NCBI GenBank assembly: GCA_050117845.1
Contig: JASFLY010000001.1
Span: 284,845-348,844 of the forward strand
DNA length: 64,000 nt
Reading direction: 5' to 3'
From: Candidatus Zixiibacteriota bacterium
Lineage (GTDB): Bacteria > RBG-13-66-14 > B26-G2 > WVWN01
The notes under the pieces were generated by a model. The model made no database searches, had not been told where the DNA came from, and saw nothing but the letters and a program-made list of their open reading frames with translations. Of the stretch, positions 56,035 to 64,000 are shown one piece after another. The translations under genes were made by a program, and so were the position numbers. How positions within the stretch are numbered: the first letter of the stretch is position 1; the number at the start of each line of letters is the position of its first letter.

Positions 56035-57714
56035 TCAGGTATTTACGTCGCGCCGGCCTATCCGGAGCGTCCAGAGGCAGTACGGTAGAACGTAAGCCCT
56101 CACCCCCGGTGCGCCGATCCGTCGTACGTCTGCGACGTCGAAGTCACGTGCCAACGTCGTCGTCAACCATAATACGTACGGCTCGCGTTCGCCCTCGGCC
56201 GCGGGGAGTTCGGTGAGGAAATACACCCGTTCCACCCCCCGGAGGGCCAGTTCCTCCCGGAGGCCCGGGAACTGGTTTTCGTCTGTGATGATAACGAAAG
56301 GCCGCTCGGCGTAGAGGGGCGCCGCGTACGGCGGCAGATACCATTTATTAACCAATATCGGGGCGGCCGGGAGCGCCCGAAGCTCGGCCACCAGCTCCTC
56401 CCGCGACTCCTTCCCGGCCTTCAGACGCCAAAAGCCGAAGACCTGCATCCCCGCCGACAGGATAAGGAGTAAGCCGATAAGGCCCGCCCGCAGGACCCGG
56501 CCCGCTCCCCGGCCCCCTTCCGCCGCCCCCGCCAGCGCTATCGCCGCCGGCGGTATTACCGCCAGGAGGAAGCGCGGCCCCCAGGCGAAACCGCTCGTAT
56601 CCGGGATTACGACGAAGAGCGTCGCGGCGAAGCCGGCCGCCGCCAGGTAGAAGGCCCTCCGCCGAACGTCCGGCCGCTTGACTACCGTCCTGACGTCCGA
56701 TACCGCGAGGAACGCCAGGCCGAAGACGGCCGGGAAACTCGCCGCCAAGGGCGTCGCGTGGCCCCCGAAAAAAGCCGCGTAAAGCACGGCCAGGCCGGCG
56801 CCCAAGGCTGCGGCGACGTACGCCGCCGGCCGCCACTTGAGAGCGAGTAGCGTAAGCGCGACGAAGGCCGCCACGGCCGCCCCCAAATACCACGGGACGA
56901 ACGGGACCAGCGAATGGCCCACCGCGAACGCGAACGCCGCCGCCCCCCGCCCGCCCCCGTACGCCAGGTTCGACGCCAGCCTCATAAACGGCGGTTGGCC
57001 CCATATTCCCCATAAAAGCAGTTCGACGCCGACGGCCACGAGGGCGAAGGACGCCGCCGGGAGGACAGTTGCCCGCAACCGGCGGCCGGAATAAAAGGCC
57101 GCCAGCGCGGCAACGCTCCAGCCGGCGAGCCAGTAAAACTCGGGCCGGAGGGCCCCGGCCAGTCCCCACAGCGCCCCCGCGAGGAGGAAGCGGCCGCCGG
57201 TGCCGCGCCGGAGTACGGCCCACCCGCCGAGCCACAGCGCCACCGCCGGCACGTGTTCCCACAAACAAAGGCTGTAGAAGAATATGGGGCTCGCGAACGC
57301 GACGGCCCCTGCGGCGAGCCACCGCCGCCGGACGCCGAAGTCCCGGGCGAGTAACGCCGTCAGCGCCACGACGGCGACGCCGGCGAGAAGCGGCAGCACG
57401 TAGAGGCCGGGGAAACCGAAGGCGAGCCACCCCGGCGCCGAGGCCGCCGCGAAGAGCGCCGGATGCGGCGAGTACAGAACGCCGTCCCGGAGTTCGAAGA
57501 AGCGCTCCGTGTCGGCCCATCGCGCGTCCAGGCCCAACTCCCGCCCCGGCCACGCGATAGCCGTGGACTTGAAGCCGCTGAGCTCGAGCGAGCGGAGCTG
57601 GACGAACTTCACGCCCTCGTCCGACGAGAAGAAGCCGTCCGGCGGCAGCGTCGCGAGCAAGGCCGCGGCCACGGTCGCGAACAGGACCACCACGAAGACC
57701 GAAGGTCTCGACAT
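56035..57714 (-). CDS. Multi-pass membrane protein, putative GT-C glycosyltransferase
   Basis: FFSSDEGVK, SPIFFYS..LWEH, LRPE, WGPRFLL. Confidence 0.65.
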   Translation of the reverse strand: MSRPSVFVVVLFATVAAALLATLPPDGFFSSDEGVKFVQLRSLELSGFKSTAIAWPGRELGLDARWADTERFFELRDGVLYSPHPALFAAASAPGWLAFGFPGLYVLPLLAGVAVVALTALLARDFGVRRRWLAAGAVAFASPIFFYSLCLWEHVPAVALWLGGWAVLRRGTGGRFLLAGALWGLAGALRPEFYWLAGWSVAALAAFYSGRRLRATVLPAASFALVAVGVELLLWGIWGQPPFMRLASNLAYGGGRGAAAFAFAVGHSLVPFVPWYLGAAVAAFVALTLLALKWRPAAYVAAALGAGLAVLYAAFFGGHATPLAASFPAVFGLAFLAVSDVRTVVKRPDVRRRAFYLAAAGFAATLFVVIPDTSGFAWGPRFLLAVIPPAAIALAGAAEGGRGAGRVLRAGLIGLLLILSAGMQVFGFWRLKAGKESREELVAELRALPAAPILVNKWYLPPYAAPLYAERPFVIITDENQFPGLREELALRGVERVYFLTELPAAEGEREPYVLWLTTTLARDFDVADVRRIGAPGVRAYVLPYCLWTLRIGRRDVNT

Positions 57715-57818
57715 AACTTAAACCCCGGCGATACTACCACGCCGCGGCGGGGCCGTCAATCCACGCCGCCCCTTGCCGCCGCGGCGCCGTTATGCTACAA
57801 CAGTGCCGAGGTGTTGAC

Positions 57819-59780
57819 ATGATACGGACGTTAACGACGCTGGCCCTGGCCGCCGCGACTCTCGTGCCGGCCGCCAACGGCTATACGATAGAGCAATATC
57901 TGAACATCCACGGCAACTACTACGGCTACTGGCTGCCGGACGACGAAATACTGTATAGCAACAAATTCACGGGCGTAATGCAGGCGTGGCGAACGAACGC
58001 CGCCACCGGCGAGCCCGAACAGATAAGCTTCTTCCCCGAGGGCATCGACCTCGCCGTCGCGCACCCGATAACCGGCGACGTCATCGTCTCCGCCGACGCC
58101 GGCGGGAACGAGCGCGACCAATTGTACCTATACGACGACGCGGCCGGCGAGTTCAAGCCCATAACCGATAATCCGAAGGTCATCTACAACTTCGGCGACT
58201 GGAGCCCCGGCGGCCGCTACGTCGCCGTCGCCGCCAACGAACGTGACGAACGCTACTTCGACGTTTACCTCTACGACCTGGAAACGGGCGAGCGCCGCCT
58301 TTTAATGGAGGACGACAATTACAACTACCCCCTCCTGTTCTCGCCCGACGGCTCCCGGCTCCTGGTCTACCGCGCGTACGGCTCCCGGGACGAGGACCTC
58401 TTCCTCGTCGACGTCGAGTCCGGCGAAACCCGCCACCTTACGCCCCACGAAGGCCCGCTGAACGTCGGCGCTACGTGCTGGGCGGCCGACGGTTGGGGTT
58501 TCTACTACGCGCACGACGAAGGCCGGGACTTTCAGTCGCTCGCCTACTACGACCTGGAACTCGGCGAATACCGCTGGGTCAAAACGCCCCCCGGCGACGT
58601 GGAAGAAGTGGTCATGTCGACCGACGGCCGCTACCTTCTCTGGATAGTGAACGAGGACGGATACTCCCGGCCTCACCTCTACGACTTCACCCGGAGAAAG
58701 GAACGACCCGTGCCGGAGCTCCCGGCCGAGGGAGTAATATCCTACCCGCGCTTTTCGCCCGACAACGAGCGCATCCTCTTCGGCCTCTCGGCCGCGACGG
58801 CGCCCGGTAACCTATACGTCTGGGACATCGCGGGAGACACGATTGAACCGGTCACCGAACCCGACCTCGCCGGCATTCCCGCCGAATCGTTCGTCGACGC
58901 CGAACTCGTATACTTCTCCTCCCACGACGGCCTGATGATCCCAGCCTTTCTCTATTTGCCCCCCGGCGTTTCGGACGACGCAACCACCGGCGTTATAGTC
59001 TACGCCCACGGCGGCCCCCGCGTCCAGGAGAGGCCGAACTTCGCCTCCCTCTTCCAATACTGGCTCGACGCGGGATACGCCGTCTTCGCGCCCAACTTCC
59101 GCGGCTCGAGCGGATACGGCCGGGAGTTCGCGGACGCCGACAACGGCTCCAAACGTATGGACGCCGTACGCGACGTACAGGAGGGATGGTGGTACCTGGC
59201 CGGGAGGCCGTGGTGCGACCGCTTCCGCATCGCCATTTACGGCGCGAGTTACGGCGGTTTCATGGTCCTGTCCCAGCTTACCCAGGAGCCTTACTACTGG
59301 GCCGCGGGCGTGGACGTCGTCGGCATCGCCAACTTCGTAACCTTCCTGGAGAACACCGGCCCGTGGCGCGTGGCGCTCCGGGAGGACGAGTACGGCTCGC
59401 TGGAGACGGACCGGGACCTTTTGGTCGGCATCTCGCCGTTGACGCACATCAACGCCATCCGTTCTCCATTAATGGTCATCCACGGCGCCAACGACCCCCG
59501 CGTCCCGGTGAGCGAGGCGGAGCAAGTCGTCGAGAAAGCCCGGTTGATACTCGGCGAGGACAAGGTACTATACTTGCGCTACGAGGACGAGGGCCACGGC
59601 CTGGCCAAACTGGAGAACCGCCTCGACGCTTACCCGAAAATGGTCGAGTTCTTAGAGGAGGCGTTTGAAGGCCGGGAGCCCCTGCGGGAGAGGTTGACCG
59701 AACAGGTGGAAGAAGAGATGCAGCTGCGCGACGCCGCCCGCGACGAGGCCGGCGCAGACACTTCCCCTCCCGAGGAATAA
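57819..59780 (+). CDS. Secreted S9-family (prolyl oligo/acylaminoacyl) peptidase
   Basis: Beta-propeller, HGGP, PNFRGSSGYG, GASYGG, HGANDPRV, DEGHG. Confidence 0.93.
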   Translation: MIRTLTTLALAAATLVPAANGYTIEQYLNIHGNYYGYWLPDDEILYSNKFTGVMQAWRTNAATGEPEQISFFPEGIDLAVAHPITGDVIVSADAGGNERDQLYLYDDAAGEFKPITDNPKVIYNFGDWSPGGRYVAVAANERDERYFDVYLYDLETGERRLLMEDDNYNYPLLFSPDGSRLLVYRAYGSRDEDLFLVDVESGETRHLTPHEGPLNVGATCWAADGWGFYYAHDEGRDFQSLAYYDLELGEYRWVKTPPGDVEEVVMSTDGRYLLWIVNEDGYSRPHLYDFTRRKERPVPELPAEGVISYPRFSPDNERILFGLSAATAPGNLYVWDIAGDTIEPVTEPDLAGIPAESFVDAELVYFSSHDGLMIPAFLYLPPGVSDDATTGVIVYAHGGPRVQERPNFASLFQYWLDAGYAVFAPNFRGSSGYGREFADADNGSKRMDAVRDVQEGWWYLAGRPWCDRFRIAIYGASYGGFMVLSQLTQEPYYWAAGVDVVGIANFVTFLENTGPWRVALREDEYGSLETDRDLLVGISPLTHINAIRSPLMVIHGANDPRVPVSEAEQVVEKARLILGEDKVLYLRYEDEGHGLAKLENRLDAYPKMVEFLEEAFEGREPLRERLTEQVEEEMQLRDAARDEAGADTSPPEE

Positions 59781-59781
59781 C

Positions 59782-60265
59782 GCGCGCCACTGACATCCCC
59801 GCCGGTGAGTATCGGTGGGGCCGACATTCCTGTCGGCCGTAAATAGAAGCCGTCAGGTGGTAACAACTGACGGCACAGCCTGCGTGCCACCGACATTTCC
59901 GTCGGCGAATAACGATACGGCGGCCATAAAGGCCGCCGCTTCGGATTATTTATGTAGGGGCCGACTTTCAGGTCGGCCCGCCGGTTGAAACCGGCGGTTA
60001 GACGCTTCGCGGGTGATCCTCCGCCCGCTGAAGCGGCCGGCCTCGATGCGTAGAAGTGCCACCGGCATTCCTGCCGGTGAGTAACGGTGGGGCCGGCATT
60101 CCTGTCGGCCGCGCAGACAGTGGGCTTAAGCCCACTGCCCAGAACACCGCGCAGGCATTCCTGCCGGTGAATCAATCTCTTCTTAATAAAAACCTAATGA
60201 GGCCGCACCTAAAGGTACGGCCCTACAAGAACTCCTTGCGTGCCACCGACATTCTTGTCGGTGAA
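59782..60265. repeat. Large mosaic of REP-like palindromes
   Basis: Several CC(G/A)..CATTCCTG(C/T)CGG copies plus GTAGGGGCCGACTTTCAGGTCGGCCC, CCGCCGGTTGAAACCGGCGG and CAGTGGGCTTAAGCCCACTG. Confidence 0.85.
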
Positions 60266-60271
60266 TAATTA

Positions 60272-61825
60272 TTATTTCTTAAACAGCTTCTTCCACGCGC
60301 TCCCGGCCAACTCCACCACCACCTCTTCCCGCAAAACGAACAACAAGAGGAAGTACAGCGCCCCGCCCGCCGCCGCCGAGGCCACCGCCACGACGAACGG
60401 CTCCACGCGCGGGTGGCCGCCGATGCCCCATGATAAATTCGACATCCACCACACCAGCGCCGCCATCGGCCCCGCCGCGAGAAGAGAGCGAATAGCGGTC
60501 CCGAAGACCTTCCCCCGAACCCGCAGGCCCTCCGCCCGGGCCAGGAACGCGAACACCGCCGCCCCCCACAACAGCGCCACCGCGCCGCGCGCGAGTGCTA
60601 TCCCCCAGTGGCCCCACAGGCCGGCGAAGGCCCGGTCCAGGCCGTAGGTCGCGGCCACCGCCGCCACGGCGATCAGCGAATAGCCGAGGTAACGCTTGTA
60701 GGCGTACGCAACGTAGCGCACCAGGTTCGCGGCCACGAGGAAGAATATCCCCGCGGCGTACGCGGCCACCGCCGGCCGGGCGAGCGCCAGCGACGCCTCG
60801 TCGAACTTGCCCCCCATAAAGAGGAAGCGGATGAGCGGCTCGGCCAGGAGTATCAGGCCCACCGAGGCCGGCACGTAGAAGATAACGAGTTGCCGCAGGA
60901 CGCGGTTGAACCGGGTGTTAATCTCGTCGCGGTCGGCGCGGGCGGCGTCCCGGGAAAAGTAGGTGAAGGTCACCCGGGCCAGCGGCACCGAGAAGAACGC
61001 GATGGTAAACGCCGTGAGCGTGAAGCCGTACTTGAGGGCGGATACCGCGCCCGACAGCTCGAGCGTCGCGGCCACCTGGCGGTCGATGAAGGTCTGTATC
61101 TGCTCCGCCGCGGCGCCGAACGCCAGCGGCGCGGCCCACCCGAAGAAGAGCCGGACGGCCGGGTCGCGGAAGTCGAGAGTGGGCCGCCAGTGCCGGAAGC
61201 CCTTCGTTATAACCCGCGTCGTAAGGATTATTATCTGCGTCGCGGCCGCGGCGACCGCCCCCGCCGCGATGGCGAACGGCCCCACCGCCCCGGCGAAGAG
61301 CAGCACCGACGTCACGATAAAGAGCGGCGGCACCAGGTTGGTCAAAGCCGGGAAGACGAAGGACTCCAGCGCGTTGTGGAAGGAGAGGAAATTCCGGAGG
61401 ACCAGCGAAAGCGCGACCGCCGGCGCGTAGACGCGCAGCAGGTTAGCGGCGTACGAGAGTTCGGCCGGCGACGCGTCCGCCACGAGCCACGCGGCGAGAG
61501 GCCGCGCGAGTAGGAATATGGCCGCCGACACGCCTACGTAAAACAGAAAAGAGAGGTTGAAGACGTTCCACAGGCTCCTCCACGCCCCGCGCTCGTCGCC
61601 CCCCGCCTGCAGTTTATGGAAGAGCGGCAGGACCAGCGCGGCGAAGAGGTTCTGCGTGAAGACGGTGAGGAGTTCCGGGAGGACGGCGATGAGGAGGAAG
61701 AGGTCGTACGCGCGGTCGGTCCCGAAGGCCCGGGCGACGACGATGGCCTGCGCCGCGGCGCCCAGCATCGCGCCCACGTTGATGAGGCTCATGCCGGCGA
61801 CCGCCCGCTTCACCGATACGGCCAC
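60272..61825 (-). CDS. murJ: MurJ/MviN-family flippase
   Basis: ARAFGT, ALVLP, FIDRQVA, GAVSALKY, FLFMGGKFD; ~14 TM; could equally be a polysaccharide flippase. Confidence 0.75.
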   Translation of the reverse strand: MAVSVKRAVAGMSLINVGAMLGAAAQAIVVARAFGTDRAYDLFLLIAVLPELLTVFTQNLFAALVLPLFHKLQAGGDERGAWRSLWNVFNLSFLFYVGVSAAIFLLARPLAAWLVADASPAELSYAANLLRVYAPAVALSLVLRNFLSFHNALESFVFPALTNLVPPLFIVTSVLLFAGAVGPFAIAAGAVAAAATQIIILTTRVITKGFRHWRPTLDFRDPAVRLFFGWAAPLAFGAAAEQIQTFIDRQVAATLELSGAVSALKYGFTLTAFTIAFFSVPLARVTFTYFSRDAARADRDEINTRFNRVLRQLVIFYVPASVGLILLAEPLIRFLFMGGKFDEASLALARPAVAAYAAGIFFLVAANLVRYVAYAYKRYLGYSLIAVAAVAATYGLDRAFAGLWGHWGIALARGAVALLWGAAVFAFLARAEGLRVRGKVFGTAIRSLLAAGPMAALVWWMSNLSWGIGGHPRVEPFVVAVASAAAGGALYFLLLFVLREEVVVELAGSAWKKLFKK

Positions 61826-61832
61826 GGTTGGT

Positions 61833-62729
61833 TTAGTCCTTCCGGGCGATGACGCCTATAATGTCGCGGGGGTTTATGTGAAGGGGGATGTTCGCCACGC
61901 CGAAAGTCCGGAATAGTTTTTCGATAAAGCCGAAGCCGTCTCCGTACGCGCGCAGCTTATGAGCCAGGTAGCCGAGAGTCCAGGTCTTGACCGGTTGGTG
62001 GAAGTCCACCGGTACGAAACCGGTCTCGGCCAGCATCCGCGTCGTCGTGGCCCGGTTGAAGTAATACGTATGGAAGCGCATGATGTACCACCAGCGCCGC
62101 TTCCGCCAGCGGGCGAAGACGCTCGAGACGTCCGGGTACTCGAGGTAGACGTACCCTCCCGGCTTCAGCAGTTCGTACACGTGGCGCAGGTCGCGCTTGG
62201 GGTCGGCGACGTGCTCTAGGACGTGGAACATCGTGACGACGTCGTAGTACGACGTGGGGAGTTCGTTCTCGGCGAGGAATGCGGGCCTTATCTCCAAGCC
62301 GAGCTGTTCCCGGCCGTAGCGCGCCGCCGCCCGCGTCGGCTCGATGCCCACGCGCTCCCACCGCGCCGGGTCGAGCAGCGACAGGAAGAACCCGTGGCCG
62401 CAACCCACGTCCAGGATGCGCCCCTCGGTCACGTAGCGCTCGAGGCGCTTGATGTTCCAGCGGTAGGAGGCGTCCTTGGCCGGCTTCTGCTCCAGGTACT
62501 CGTCGTCCTCGACGTCCCGGTAGATCTCGGCCATGAGATCGGTGGACTCGCGGGGGTTGGCGTAGATCAGGCCGCACTGCCGGCACTTGACGATGCGGCA
62601 GTTGAGGTTGTTGGGGTCCGACTGGCGGTAGAGATCGACGTCGCCCAGCGTGTACTCGTCTACCGTGGCCGGGTAGACGACGTCGTAGTCATCGGCGCCG
62701 CATAGGTTGCATGGTACGTGCTCGAGCAT
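61833..62729 (-). CDS. Class I SAM-dependent methyltransferase with N-terminal Zn ribbon
   Basis: CNLCG...CRQCG, ILDVGCGHG, FHVLEHV, LKPGG. Confidence 0.9.
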   Translation of the reverse strand: MLEHVPCNLCGADDYDVVYPATVDEYTLGDVDLYRQSDPNNLNCRIVKCRQCGLIYANPRESTDLMAEIYRDVEDDEYLEQKPAKDASYRWNIKRLERYVTEGRILDVGCGHGFFLSLLDPARWERVGIEPTRAAARYGREQLGLEIRPAFLAENELPTSYYDVVTMFHVLEHVADPKRDLRHVYELLKPGGYVYLEYPDVSSVFARWRKRRWWYIMRFHTYYFNRATTTRMLAETGFVPVDFHQPVKTWTLGYLAHKLRAYGDGFGFIEKLFRTFGVANIPLHINPRDIIGVIARKD

Positions 62730-62819
62730 GGGAAAACGCGGCCCTCAGGCCGCGCGTAAATCTAACATAGATTCCCCTATTTGTTAAGGCGTTTTATATT
62801 CTAATATTAATATGAAAGA

Positions 62820-63120
62820 GTGCCACCGGCGTTCCTGCCGGTGCTTTCGATATAGGGGCCGACCGGTAGGGGCGTACAGCTTACGCCCGTATGGCCCGGG
62901 AGTACACCGCCGGTTGAAACCGGCGGTTAACGCTTCGCGCGTGATCCTCCGGCCGCTGAAGCGACCGGTTTCGATATGTAGGGGTGGCGCCGGCATTCCT
63001 GCCGGCGGGATTGATATGATATTATTGCCGCTTTGGCCGCCGCTACGCGTCGGCCGCCGCGGCCTCCGCGCGCCTCCTCGCCCGCCTCGCTAAGCTCGCC
63101 GCCTGCGGGGTCGCCCTCCG
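62820..63120. repeat. Mosaic of REP-like palindromes
   Basis: CACCGGCGTTCCTGCCGGTG, GTAGGGGCGTACAGCTTACGCCC, ACCGCCGGTTGAAACCGGCGGT, CGCCGGCATTCCTGCCGGCG. Confidence 0.8.
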
Positions 63121-63139
63121 GGGAATATATAGGTTTTAA

Positions 63140-63826
63140 TCATTTTAATCTTTCACGGCGGCCTTCTTTTTCGGCGATTTTAGCTTGTAATCTCGTCCTC
63201 ATATCACTAAGTTTCCCAGGTAAGACGAACGCAAAGTCTAATAAGGCCTCTATAGCGTTTATAGACCATTCTACTTCATCGTCGTACACGTCCATTATTT
63301 CGCCCGTATTCGTACTTTTATTTGGATGGGCCGAAAAATTACCTACTATTCTAATAACATCTATAGAACCTAAAACCTCGGTAGGTAAATCCGGTGTTCG
63401 AAGAAAGTCGTCTATTTCGGCGCTAAGGTTACTAGGCCCTATATGGAAGTGTTCCCGGAGGAGGCGTTGCAAGAATCTTCGTAATAAGGCCGCGGCCGCC
63501 TTAGGACTAAGTTCGGAAACGGATACCGCTTCTTCGAAATCCTTTTTATATTCGACCGGAACCACGGTTGGTAGCGGTCGGCGCTTATATGTAGGATGAA
63601 TAAGGCGAAACGACCACGACTCCGGTTCGTCATCGAAACCCCAACACCGAAAAACATAATACCCTCGACATTCGGGACACCGAGCTACGGCGAATCCGTC
63701 TTCGGCCCCGTACCCTTGCGCTTCCCCTTCGGCGTTATAACACATTTCCTCGTAGGTGGCGAATTTATCCGGTTCAATATTAACTATTCGGCCGCAGTAA
63801 TAACAATGACCCGTGTACGTACTCAT
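63140..63826 (-). CDS. DUF4145 (HEPN-like) protein with N-terminal Zn ribbon
   Basis: CYYC..CPEC, DFEEA..SPKAAAALLRR.LQ, IRIVGNFSAHP; AT-rich; RBS GAGGAGGT. Confidence 0.85.
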   Translation of the reverse strand: MSTYTGHCYYCGRIVNIEPDKFATYEEMCYNAEGEAQGYGAEDGFAVARCPECRGYYVFRCWGFDDEPESWSFRLIHPTYKRRPLPTVVPVEYKKDFEEAVSVSELSPKAAAALLRRFLQRLLREHFHIGPSNLSAEIDDFLRTPDLPTEVLGSIDVIRIVGNFSAHPNKSTNTGEIMDVYDDEVEWSINAIEALLDFAFVLPGKLSDMRTRLQAKIAEKEGRRERLK

Positions 63827-63859
63827 TTGTAACCTCCTCGTGGCTTTATTAACCGATAT

Positions 63860-64000
63860 TCACAAGCGTAGCTTCTGGGCCTTGCCTTTCTCCCCCTTTT
63901 ATCTGCGGTGCTTTCTTGAGGATCTTGCTGATGTCGGGTAGGTTGGTGCGGAGGCCGTTGAAGTAGTAGGGACCGGTGAGGATCTAAATATCGGGATATG
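63860..64000 (-). pseudogene. Degenerate 3' end of the same methyltransferase-type gene as 44581-44818
   Basis: YPDI*ILTGPYYFNGLRTNLPDISKILKKAPQIKGEKGK aligns to YPKVQVLTVADYFDGLRPDLPDTSETLKKAPQIKREKGK; contains an in-frame TAG. Confidence 0.7.

Noticed and set aside
59782..60265. CRISPR array
   Set aside because: Repeats vary in sequence and spacing, intervening segments are themselves repeats, and no cas genes are present.

Overview
High-GC window from an anaerobic, probably diderm bacterium; it encodes outer-membrane beta-barrels and lipoproteins, and the lineage cannot be determined from the sequence. (1) 1-15915, minus strand: a ~16 kb redox operon reading DRTGG - RsbT-like kinase - hdrC - hdrB - hdrA(N half) - nuoE/hydC - nuoF/hydB - [nuoG-like FeS domain fused to hdrA(C half)] - second tandem-type hdrA - mvhD - 2x fdhB-like - 2x mvhD - mvhG - mvhA. 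HdrA is split inside its ferredoxin insert by an NADH-diaphorase module. MvhA reads through an in-frame TGA with a SECIS-like hairpin (RICGV-U-P). (2) A small exported or membrane ORF missed by the ORF track (16516-16791) carries an in-frame TGA-Cys (U-C) and a SECIS-like hairpin. (3) Many surface proteins: four unrelated or paralogous secreted proteins share a C-terminal 'S(L/M/V)GxxK(A/S)(L/I)(Y/F)(R/H)' tail, which the two NHL lipoproteins lack. (4) rtcB, a GlcF-like Fe-S protein, an AT-rich AAA-ATPase + S8 protease (IetAS-like) module, four GT-C and three GT4 glycosyltransferases, an 'orange protein'-like operon, malic enzyme, aldehyde dehydrogenase, a secreted metallothionein-like peptide, an S9 peptidase, a MurJ-like flippase and a methyltransferase. 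(5) Intergenic mosaics of REP-like palindromes, a truncated RAYT transposase, and two DNA-methyltransferase remnants, each followed by a different AT-rich cargo gene. No rRNA, tRNA or CRISPR array was seen. All family calls come from motif recognition, not database searches.
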